DNA of 37,740 nt from a virus (Duplodnaviria; Caudoviricetes): the IMG/VR virus record IMGVR_UViG_3300008954_000127, positions 1 to 37,740 of that record. One strand, written 5' to 3'. The notes beneath the pieces are model-generated. The model searched no databases. It saw nothing but the letters and a program-made list of their open reading frames with translations, and was not told the DNA's origin. Positions 1 to 6,995 of the stretch are shown piece by piece (position 1 is the first letter of the stretch; each line of letters starts with the position of its first letter). The position numbers were made by a program, and so were the translations under genes.

Positions 1-235
1 CCTCCCATACCCCCTTGGTCCCCCCTGCAGGAACTGACGTAAGGTAAGGCACCCCCTTTCCCTTAGGTAATTACCTAAGGTAAGTCTCATATGTGATCAC
101 AAAAGGTACGTTGGGGTTCCTAATGTGATCACAAAAGGGAATGTAGGGGAAATATACCCTGACGTAACTTCCCTAAGGTAACCCCCTGATATCCTGACAC
201 ATTCCCTCAGGTACTTCCCTCATGTGATATATCCA
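1..235. repeat. Non-coding terminal region with short repeats and palindromes (probable left genome end)
   Basis: Perfect 20-bp palindrome CCTTAGGTAATTACCTAAGG (61-80); ATGTGATCACAAAAGG at 91-106 and 123-138; CTGACGTAA at 34-42 and 159-167; CCTAAGGTAA at 74-83 and 172-181; no ORF. Confidence 0.7.
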
Positions 236-271
236 GATGTTCTGTCCAGTTAGGTCCAGATTACAGGTAGG

Positions 272-297
272 GAACACCTAGGGAACAAACCAAGTAC
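272..297. promoter_or_regulatory. Tandem alphaproteobacterial LexA boxes GAAC-N7-GAAC-N7-GTAC
   Basis: GAAC 272-275, GAAC 283-286, GTAC 294-297, each separated by exactly 7 nt. Confidence 0.7.
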
Positions 298-394
298 AGA
301 TCATGAATTAGCTCTCAGAGGCTCTCAGAAGGGCTTCAGAGGGGTGGAATGGGTTCTCGGGTAGTCCGACACCTAAAATCCATCGTTCGCGTTC

Positions 395-420
395 GTTCCT
401 ATTCTGTTCTCATTCTGTTC
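395..420. promoter_or_regulatory. Tandem LexA boxes GTTC-N7-GTTC-N7-GTTC
   Basis: GTTC at 395-398, 406-409, 417-420 with 7-nt spacers CTATTCT and TCATTCT. Confidence 0.75.
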
Positions 421-457
421 TTTTCCAGTGGTTTATTCATTATAATATAAACAAAGA

Positions 458-472
458 GAACAAACACGGAAC
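458..472. promoter_or_regulatory. LexA box GAAC-N7-GAAC
   Basis: GAAC-AAACACG-GAAC, between TATAAT (441-446) and TTGACG (495-500). Confidence 0.75.
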
Positions 473-494
473 AAAATTTTTTCTCTCGACCCCC

Positions 495-523
495 TTGACG
501 TTTCCGAGCTCCGGTGGCACGTT
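495..523 (+). promoter_or_regulatory. Putative early sigma70 promoter
   Basis: TTGACG (495-500), 17 nt, weak -10 CACGTT preceded by TG; A/T tract upstream; 40 nt before first gene. Confidence 0.45.
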
Positions 524-563
524 CTAACTCATCAGAAGAAACGAACTAGAAAGGAAGAAACAA

Positions 564-788
564 ATGGAACGTATGACTAAAAGAGACATGAAGAACCAAA
601 GCGGCGGATCGAGAGCGCTCACTTATTGGGCAGTTTCGGAGGAACCTGTGGAAAATATAGATTTCTTCCCTGCAGTATATCTGGCGGAACGAACAACAGT
701 CACTGCAGAACTACCAGCAGATTATAGACGCTATGTCATTTATGGTGGCGTCTATGCGGGCCGTAAATCTCGTTTTGTAAGCTGGTAA
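564..788 (+). CDS. Early hypothetical protein
   Basis: ORF with AAGGA RBS, first gene of the arm. Confidence 0.7.
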   Translation: MERMTKRDMKNQSGGSRALTYWAVSEEPVENIDFFPAVYLAERTTVTAELPADYRRYVIYGGVYAGRKSRFVSW

Positions 789-803
789 TGAAAGGGAAAC
801 AAA

Positions 804-1007
804 ATGTCTGGGTTTAACTGTAGTATTCACGACGTCAGCAAAACTGAAATGAAACTGAAGAAATATGATCGCTTCACTAGACTAGAAATAATCGTCACGG
901 ACGAAAACGGTGTAGAGGTATCGTTCACCCTGTTTTCCAATCTAGATGAATTCCCCCTACCTAGCTTGGAAATTGAACCAGCAGCACAAGAAAGGAAAAC
1001 AAAATGA
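804..1007 (+). CDS. Early hypothetical protein
   Basis: ORF preceded by GAAAGGGAAAC leader. Confidence 0.75.
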   Translation: MSGFNCSIHDVSKTEMKLKKYDRFTRLEIIVTDENGVEVSFTLFSNLDEFPLPSLEIEPAAQERKTK

Positions 1008-1210
1008 CCCACACTAAATACGTAATAAACGTTGCCTTCGAAGGCTCACACGACTTCACTGTCACGGTAGACTGTAACGGGCATGAAAGCCCAGACGTCC
1101 AGACTGCAAAGTTCGTCCTACGTAGTCTGAAGGAAAGCTTCAACGATGACCGCTACAAGGCCACGCTAGCCGTAGTTACTGAGACGAAGACAGAAAAAGG
1201 AATAGCCTAA
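1004..1210 (+). CDS. Early hypothetical protein
   Basis: ATGA overlap with upstream gene, GAAAGGAAAAC leader. Confidence 0.75.
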   Translation: MTHTKYVINVAFEGSHDFTVTVDCNGHESPDVQTAKFVLRSLKESFNDDRYKATLAVVTETKTEKGIA

Positions 1211-1258
1211 GGTTAATCTTAAAGTGTAGCGCTCCGGCGCTGCATCATAAGACAAACC
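1211..1258 (+). promoter_or_regulatory. Long bulged intergenic hairpin (RNase III-type processing site or stabiliser)
   Basis: GGTT/AACC, TCTTA/TAAGA and GTGTAGCGC/GCGCTGCAT stems around a TCCG loop; no U tract. Confidence 0.55.
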
Positions 1259-1274
1259 AAGAAAGGGAAACACC

Positions 1275-1388
1275 ATGAAAAAGTTCAAGAGAATTCTGCA
1301 ACACGTCAAATCGTGCAGGAAGTATGCCCCGTCGATGCCGATTCACCTCGTAATCATCAACGTGTGGCACATTGCCAAGAACGGCTAA
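1275..1388 (+). CDS. 37-aa basic early protein (not in ORF track)
   Basis: MKKFKRILQHVKSCRKYAPSMPIHLVIINVWHIAKNG*, preceded by GAAAGGGAAAC leader. Confidence 0.7.
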   Translation: MKKFKRILQHVKSCRKYAPSMPIHLVIINVWHIAKNG

Positions 1389-1415
1389 ACAATCAAACGA
1401 GGAAAGGGAAACACA

Positions 1416-2009
1416 ATGTCAACGCAACACGTAAGAAACATTCTGAAAACGTACCGCAAGGCAACCGACACGGATATTGAACAAGGGTTGCACTGGTACT
1501 CCCGAGCGGAACACAAGGCGGAAACTATCGCAAGGCATTTCGGGCTACCTAAGTCAACGGTAGCGGGTGTTCTGGCGGCCCTGTCACCTAACAACAGATG
1601 GGAGCGCAACAAGGTGGATGCTTTTAATATGTGCAGCGCATTCCACAAGGGACTTCCCTTGGATACGTTCAAGGTGAGCTGTTACAACGCGATGAAAGAG
1701 AAGGCTTGGTCGATTTTAGTTGATGGATTAGAAGAGGATGAGGACATTTTGTCACGGCTGAACGGCCAGAAAATCAGGTCATTCTATTCTAACATCATGG
1801 GCTTGAATGAGGTAACCGTTGACGGACATGCTCTGAACATCGCAAGAGGCCAGCGTGTAGGTTTGACTAGCGATAAGACCAACATAGGGAAGAAACTATA
1901 CCGTGAGCTTCAAGCCGCATACATTCGCGCAGCGGAAATTGCAGGAACTAAACCTCATGAGATGCAAGCAATCACTTGGACAGCTTGGAAGCGTGTTCAC
2001 AACATCTAA
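1416..2009 (+). CDS. Conserved phage protein, possible HhH-GPD/DNA-glycosylase-like fold
   Basis: WY...LAALSP...VTVDGH...QAITW motifs; VDxH resembles the endonuclease III catalytic motif; function is inference. Confidence 0.6.
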   Translation: MSTQHVRNILKTYRKATDTDIEQGLHWYSRAEHKAETIARHFGLPKSTVAGVLAALSPNNRWERNKVDAFNMCSAFHKGLPLDTFKVSCYNAMKEKAWSILVDGLEEDEDILSRLNGQKIRSFYSNIMGLNEVTVDGHALNIARGQRVGLTSDKTNIGKKLYRELQAAYIRAAEIAGTKPHEMQAITWTAWKRVHNI

Positions 2010-2034
2010 GACCTAACAGAAAGGGAAAACTAAA

Positions 2035-2262
2035 ATGTTTATACTACTGACAACCAAACCGTTGAATGACAACACCAAAGGCTTTCGCTTTAACTTCCTT
2101 GGCCTAAAGGGTATGACCCGCAAACGTAAGGCTTTGTCAAGGGGTTACGGTATCGAAACTATGAAGGCCACGACAGCCATTCACTTAGGTAAGCGCACGA
2201 TATACTTTGAAACAAAGCGCAACAAACATTCACGCAAACAATTCAAGCACTGGGCTGGGTAA
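2035..2262 (+). CDS. Basic early hypothetical protein
   Basis: K/R-rich ORF with GAAAGGGAAAAC leader. Confidence 0.75.
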   Translation: MFILLTTKPLNDNTKGFRFNFLGLKGMTRKRKALSRGYGIETMKATTAIHLGKRTIYFETKRNKHSRKQFKHWAG

Positions 2263-2266
2263 CATC

Positions 2267-2419
2267 ATGATCTACAGAATATATTATTCGTGCGAGGAAT
2301 TCGGTAAGGACTACGCCCACAAGGAATTTGATAGCCTAGCAGCCGCAAAGGCTTACATGGCAGGGATGCAACCACACCTACCTGACATAGAGATGAGACT
2401 TGAGGTGATCAAAAAATGA
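2267..2419 (+). CDS. Hypothetical protein
   Basis: ATG 4 nt after upstream stop; ATGA coupling to next gene. Confidence 0.6.
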   Translation: MIYRIYYSCEEFGKDYAHKEFDSLAAAKAYMAGMQPHLPDIEMRLEVIKK

Positions 2420-2631
2420 ACAACAACTATGGATACAGAGTAGGAATAGCGGTATCGGTCCTAGTCAATGTGATACTAGGCGGACCATCGAACCAGACCT
2501 TTTCCGCTAGGAACTACGCTAGGAAAAAACAAAGTAAATTCAATATGGTACGTTTTATAGATTGGGTATGTGGAGATGATCACTGTCTAACCTGTTGGAC
2601 CTACTGGGTAGTACGAAAGGATAAATGGTGA
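2416..2631 (+). CDS. Small conserved phage protein
   Basis: GAGG RBS; NVILGG..NQTFSAR...IDW...DHC pattern typical of a small phage family. Confidence 0.7.
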   Translation: MNNNYGYRVGIAVSVLVNVILGGPSNQTFSARNYARKKQSKFNMVRFIDWVCGDDHCLTCWTYWVVRKDKW

Positions 2632-2635
2632 GGTT

Positions 2636-2818
2636 ATGCATAGTTTTCATAGGAACAGCATCAATACAATTGAAGAATGGTTGTCACTAAAGGATGAAGG
2701 GGATGAGGAGTATACAATCAATCTGGATCAGGTAAGCTTAGGTAACAACCTATATTCACCCTGTCCAAGGACAGCCCTATTATATGGCTATGAAACAATC
2801 TGTCAAGAGGAAAAATGA
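2636..2818 (+). CDS. Hypothetical protein
   Basis: Tightly packed ORF, GAGG before ATG. Confidence 0.5.
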   Translation: MHSFHRNSINTIEEWLSLKDEGDEEYTINLDQVSLGNNLYSPCPRTALLYGYETICQEEK

Positions 2819-2821
2819 ACC

Positions 2822-3049
2822 ATGCCTACACTGATTAAAAACTGTAAACTTGACTGGGACATGGAAATGTTTTCATACCGTTTCATGACAGGAGGCTCCA
2901 AGCTCACCGCTCTAGACAGCCTGTCAGTCCTCATGACATCGCTTGAACACGTTTATGAACACGTCGCAGAGAACTACACCTACGAAGAAACCCTTCAGGA
3001 GTCTTTCCTATGTAAAGGTAACCACGGTTATTTCATGGAGATAAAATGA
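2822..3049 (+). CDS. Hypothetical protein
   Basis: GAGGA RBS, tight packing. Confidence 0.65.
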   Translation: MPTLIKNCKLDWDMEMFSYRFMTGGSKLTALDSLSVLMTSLEHVYEHVAENYTYEETLQESFLCKGNHGYFMEIK

Positions 3050-3050
3050 T

Positions 3051-3242
3051 ATGTCACATACAAAAAATGAACGGGTCTTTCTGTCAGAGAAAGAAGCATA
3101 TGAACATCAGAAGCAGATCAATGACTGGCGCAGCCCATCAGAGGAATACTATAGACTTGGGGTAGTGAAGTGTGTTATACGCCTAAAGGACGACAGCCTG
3201 TCCACTGGATGGGCGTCACGATGGGAAACTTATTCGGGGTAA
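3051..3242 (+). CDS. Hypothetical protein
   Basis: GGAG RBS, tight packing. Confidence 0.6.
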   Translation: MSHTKNERVFLSEKEAYEHQKQINDWRSPSEEYYRLGVVKCVIRLKDDSLSTGWASRWETYSG

Positions 3243-3250
3243 TATGTGCT

Positions 3251-4903
3251 ATGGATTATAAGAGGGAAGGCGAGTGGCTCGGCGGTGGTAGACCCTGCCC
3301 ATACGAAGACTGTGGATCAAGTGATGCCTTTAGTCTTCACTCAGGGGGTTACGGTAAGTGTCACAGTTGTGAGCGAAAGTACCCATCCAACAGAGATAAA
3401 CTATTTGACTGGGCGGAGATCGAGTACCCGTCTTACAAATCAACAGACAGCCACAGAGAGGCCCCTATGCAGCCTAAACTAGTTTCATCAGTGTCACCCA
3501 CCGAGAACAACCTTACCCCCGTCTACAAGGCGTTACGTGGGGTCACAGCAGAGACTATGAAAAAATATAAGTGCCTCTCTTTCCTTGATCCGCAGGGTGT
3601 ACCTGTCAAACAGGACTACGTGTACCCAAGCGGAGGTAAGAAGACACGCTTCCTTAAGGCTAAGTCTTTCTCGGCCAGTGGCCTAAGGTCTGACGAGTTG
3701 TACGGGCAGGACCTTTACAACGGAGGAACGTCTAAGTCTGTCACTATTACAGAGGGTGAGCTTGATGCTATGTCTGCTTATCAGATGTTGAACACAAATT
3801 CTAGGTTCACCAATCCTGTTGTCAGTCTACCCTCGGCCACACCCTCACAGAAACTCTGGTCGAATGTACATGAATGGTTAGACAGTTTCGAAAAGATCAT
3901 CCTGTCAGTAGACAACGACGAAGCAGGGAATGCAGTGGCCACTAAGATAGCCAAGCTATTCCCTACGAAAACTTACCGTGTACCCCACGATAAATTCAAG
4001 GATGCGAACGAATTTCTACAGGCTGGACAGGCTAAAGACTACGTGTCCGCTTGGTGGAACGCCAAGAAATACCAACCAGATAACATCTACTCTAGTCCAG
4101 ATCAGTTCCTTAAGCTCTATGAGAAGTCGGACAACCACGTTTACATCAAGACTGGCGTCACTGACTTCGATGAGATGTGTTTGGGCTTGATGCAGGGACA
4201 CTTCACACTGTTCAAGGCGCAGACTGGTATCGGTAAGACGGAGTTCATGCGTTACCTAGAGTATCAAATACTGACGGAGAACCCTGACGTAAAGCTGGCG
4301 ACGTGGCACATGGAAGAAACCAAGCTGCGTAGTATCCTTGGCTTGGTGTCATATGAGACGGGCGACAACCTGACACGGACAGACCTGATTGAGAGTAAGG
4401 GTGCTGATCGTCGGGTGCGTGAGGCTATCCTTAAGTTGACCAAAGATGAACGTCTGTATCAGTTCTACCTTAACGATGAGGACGACCCCCTTGACATTCT
4501 GTCACAGATACGCTACCTATCTCAGGCTTGTGGTGTGAACTACGTGTTCTTTGAACCGATCCAAGACATCGCAGCCAACGCAGGTGGGGACGAGAGTAAG
4601 GAACAATTCCTCGCTGACCTCGCTGTCCGTCTGTCTAAGCTGGCAGCAGAACTTGGTGTTGGTATTGTGACAATCGGACACACCAACGACGATGGGCAGG
4701 TTAAGTACTGTCGTATGATCGAACAACGTGCATCAGTCGTGGTCGATCTTCAGAGGGATAAGATGGCAGAGGACATGGACGAACGAAACACAACGAAACT
4801 TTTGGTCACAAAGAACAGACCAGTAGGCCCGACAGGGTATGCGGGGCAGATGAAGTTTGACCCTGAAACATTTACTATGAAAGAGGAACGATACTTTGAT
4901 TGA
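3251..4903 (+). CDS. T7 gp4-like DNA primase-helicase
   Basis: Zn finger CPYEDCGSSDA...CHSC, TOPRIM motifs ITEGELDA / DNDEAG / KDANE, Walker A AQTGIGKT, KNR; start chosen at ATG 3251. Confidence 0.95.
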   Translation: MDYKREGEWLGGGRPCPYEDCGSSDAFSLHSGGYGKCHSCERKYPSNRDKLFDWAEIEYPSYKSTDSHREAPMQPKLVSSVSPTENNLTPVYKALRGVTAETMKKYKCLSFLDPQGVPVKQDYVYPSGGKKTRFLKAKSFSASGLRSDELYGQDLYNGGTSKSVTITEGELDAMSAYQMLNTNSRFTNPVVSLPSATPSQKLWSNVHEWLDSFEKIILSVDNDEAGNAVATKIAKLFPTKTYRVPHDKFKDANEFLQAGQAKDYVSAWWNAKKYQPDNIYSSPDQFLKLYEKSDNHVYIKTGVTDFDEMCLGLMQGHFTLFKAQTGIGKTEFMRYLEYQILTENPDVKLATWHMEETKLRSILGLVSYETGDNLTRTDLIESKGADRRVREAILKLTKDERLYQFYLNDEDDPLDILSQIRYLSQACGVNYVFFEPIQDIAANAGGDESKEQFLADLAVRLSKLAAELGVGIVTIGHTNDDGQVKYCRMIEQRASVVVDLQRDKMAEDMDERNTTKLLVTKNRPVGPTGYAGQMKFDPETFTMKEERYFD

Positions 4904-5117
4904 TCCCGTTGCCACCCTGTTTGCAGTGATATACTTTTTCGGTATTGCTCTGCACTACATACATTTAAAGTCTATAATGTACCTGACGGATAACCTAGAT
5001 AAGGCTGACTGGCCCCGTATATACTGGTACAGTATTGTCTGGCCCTACCTACCATGCCAGTACTTCTTTTCTCTGGTGTTCGACCGAGATGAAGACGACG
5101 ACGAAGAGGATTACTAA
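4896..5117 (+). CDS. Small membrane protein with acidic tail
   Basis: Hydrophobic N-terminal segment, C-terminal DRDEDDDEEDY; GAGGA RBS. Confidence 0.6.
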   Translation: MIDPVATLFAVIYFFGIALHYIHLKSIMYLTDNLDKADWPRIYWYSIVWPYLPCQYFFSLVFDRDEDDDEEDY

Positions 5118-5118
5118 G

Positions 5119-6030
5119 ATGACAACAGTTGCGATGGACATTGAGACAGACGACCTAGACGCCAAGGAAATTTGGGTCATCTGTACAGAGGATGTGGACA
5201 CAGGGGAGAAGGATCAGTTCCTCAAGGTAACTACCAACGAGGCCGAGCGTGAACGCTTCATTGAATTCTGTAAGGGTGTTGACCGTTTCGTACTACACAA
5301 CGGACTTGGCTTCGACATCCCTGTCATCAACAAACTGATCCAGACTGATCTGATTACAACAGATGAGGTGATTGATACCCTAATCGTCACACGTCTTGCG
5401 GACTTCACTATGGATGGTAAGGGTCACAGCCTGAAGGTTTGGGGTCAGCGCTTGGGCGAGGCCAAGACAAACTACACAGCAGGGTTCGAAGAGTTATGTC
5501 AGGAGATGATCGACTACTGTGAACAGGACGTGACAGTCACCATTAAACTGTTCAACAAGTTCCGAGACATGATTGAGGACGAACAGTGGCACGATGCAAT
5601 CCGAGTTGAACATGACATCCAAGCCCTGTGTGAAGAGATGACAGCCAATGGTTTCTACTTCGATGAGGATCGGGCGGAGGAACTACTTGGTTCGGTTCTG
5701 ACCCGAATGGAAACCCTAGAGACAGGCTTCCAAGAGGACTTCCCTCCAGTTCTTAACGAGGTGAACCGTATTAAGTACCGCAGGAAGTCTAACGGTGAGT
5801 TGTATTCTAATGTAGTGAAGGCACAGCAGAGTGATCGGTACTTTGCCACAGCCCTAGACAAGTCTGTCATCCCTAACGATCTGGTTTGTTTCCAGTATGA
5901 AGCCTTCAACCCACGATCTCCTAAGCAGCGGATAGAAAGACTATGGGATGCGGGTTGGAACCCCTATGAAAAAACAAAGGGACACATAGAGTATGACAGA
6001 GAATCAGCTAGAACTATTCGCAAGTGGTGA
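5119..6030 (+). CDS. Family A DNA polymerase, N-terminal fragment (3'-5' exonuclease and start of thumb)
   Basis: Exo motifs DIETD, HNGLGFD, YCEQD; FNPRS...GW thumb motif; ends before polymerase motifs. Confidence 0.92.
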   Translation: MTTVAMDIETDDLDAKEIWVICTEDVDTGEKDQFLKVTTNEAERERFIEFCKGVDRFVLHNGLGFDIPVINKLIQTDLITTDEVIDTLIVTRLADFTMDGKGHSLKVWGQRLGEAKTNYTAGFEELCQEMIDYCEQDVTVTIKLFNKFRDMIEDEQWHDAIRVEHDIQALCEEMTANGFYFDEDRAEELLGSVLTRMETLETGFQEDFPPVLNEVNRIKYRRKSNGELYSNVVKAQQSDRYFATALDKSVIPNDLVCFQYEAFNPRSPKQRIERLWDAGWNPYEKTKGHIEYDRESARTIRKW

Positions 6031-6571
6031 GGATACCAAACGGTGTACACAGTGTGGTGAGGTTAGGACTTTAGGGGAGTTTAACACGGATAAGTCTCGT
6101 AAAGATGGTTTACAAGTTCATTGTAAGGTCTGCCGGAAAACCTACCGCCAAGAGAACAAAGAACGTATAGCAGAATATGGCAAAGACTACTACCAAGCGA
6201 ACAAGGAACGTATATCCGAACGGGATAAAGCCTACTACCAAGCGAACAAGGAGGCTAGAGCTGAGCGTGTTGCTAAAAGGAGAGCAAACAAAAGAAAGAA
6301 CACACCTAAATTCCTACGTAAGTGTCCTGTGGATAAGGAACGCAGGGTGTTCGCTTACAGAATGTCTAAGCTATTGACAGAAACTACAGGTGTGGTACAC
6401 CACGTAGACCATATGTGGCCTATCTCTGACGGTGGTCCTCACTGGTCAGGTAATCTACAGGTAATACCCGCTGTTGACAACCTATCTAAAAATGCTACCG
6501 TCGATGAAGAAATCAAGAAGACAATTCAAGAAGGACTAGAATATGCAAGACAGTGTTACAAGAGGAGATAA
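5993..6571 (+). CDS. HNH homing endonuclease with N-terminal zinc ribbon
   Basis: CTQC..CKVC; HVDHMWP..GGPH...NLQVI...N; inserted within pol. Confidence 0.88.
   Translation: MTENQLELFASGEDTKRCTQCGEVRTLGEFNTDKSRKDGLQVHCKVCRKTYRQENKERIAEYGKDYYQANKERISERDKAYYQANKEARAERVAKRRANKRKNTPKFLRKCPVDKERRVFAYRMSKLLTETTGVVHHVDHMWPISDGGPHWSGNLQVIPAVDNLSKNATVDEEIKKTIQEGLEYARQCYKRR
6142..6252 (+). repeat. 45-bp (15-aa) tandem repeat inside the HNH gene
   Basis: CTACTACCAAGCGAACAAGGA identical at 6187 and 6232; diverged copy at 6142. Confidence 0.85.
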
Positions 6572-6995
6572 GTTGTGTGGTTGTTGTCATTGTTGTGTGG
6601 TTGTTACACATAAACATCATATCTTACCTAGAGTAATGGGTGGAGTAGACCACCCAACAAATATTGTAGAATGTTGTGAGTCTTGTCATGGTAAAATTCA
6701 TGGTAGAAAAATGTTAGACCACAGTAAATTGACTAGACTAGGGATGGTAGCAGCAAAGGCTAGGGGTCAGGTATTCGGTGGAATGCGGCCTGAACAGGAT
6801 GCCAAACACAAAGCTATGGCAGAACAGACAGATGAGTTTTGTCGTAAAATCAAGCCCGTCATTGAAGATTTAAAGGAAGCAGGCTACAGTTACCAAAAAA
6901 TAGCAGGCTACTTAAATGAAAAAGGTTTCCCAACAAGACAAGGCGGGAAGTGGTACGCAAGCACAGTCAGCAACTATTATAAGAGGGTTGTCTAA
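6543..6995 (+). CDS. HNH nuclease fused to serine-recombinase-type DNA-binding module
   Basis: HHILPRVMGG..HPTN...CESCHGKIH, then TRLGMVAAKARG..FG and GYSYQKIAGYLNEKGFPTRQGGKWYASTV. Confidence 0.8.
   Translation: MQDSVTRGDKLCGCCHCCVVVTHKHHILPRVMGGVDHPTNIVECCESCHGKIHGRKMLDHSKLTRLGMVAAKARGQVFGGMRPEQDAKHKAMAEQTDEFCRKIKPVIEDLKEAGYSYQKIAGYLNEKGFPTRQGGKWYASTVSNYYKRVV

Noticed and set aside
92-133. TGTGATCACA as canonical CRP/FNR sites
   Set aside because: Half sites lack the required 6-nt (CRP) spacer and do not match FNR; kept only as an unexplained palindrome.
1-480. CRISPR-like array in the left-end repeats
   Set aside because: Repeats are too short and irregular, with no constant repeat-spacer period.
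6030-6995. Group I intron, intein or ribosomal bypass restoring a single polymerase
   Set aside because: Insert is fully coding with no visible intron core, no intein termini, and ~1 kb is far beyond known hops; the C-half has its own RBS. Not excluded without RT-PCR.
6543-6995. Calling this ORF an integrase/resolvase
   Set aside because: Lacks the N-terminal catalytic serine domain; only DNA-binding parts are present.
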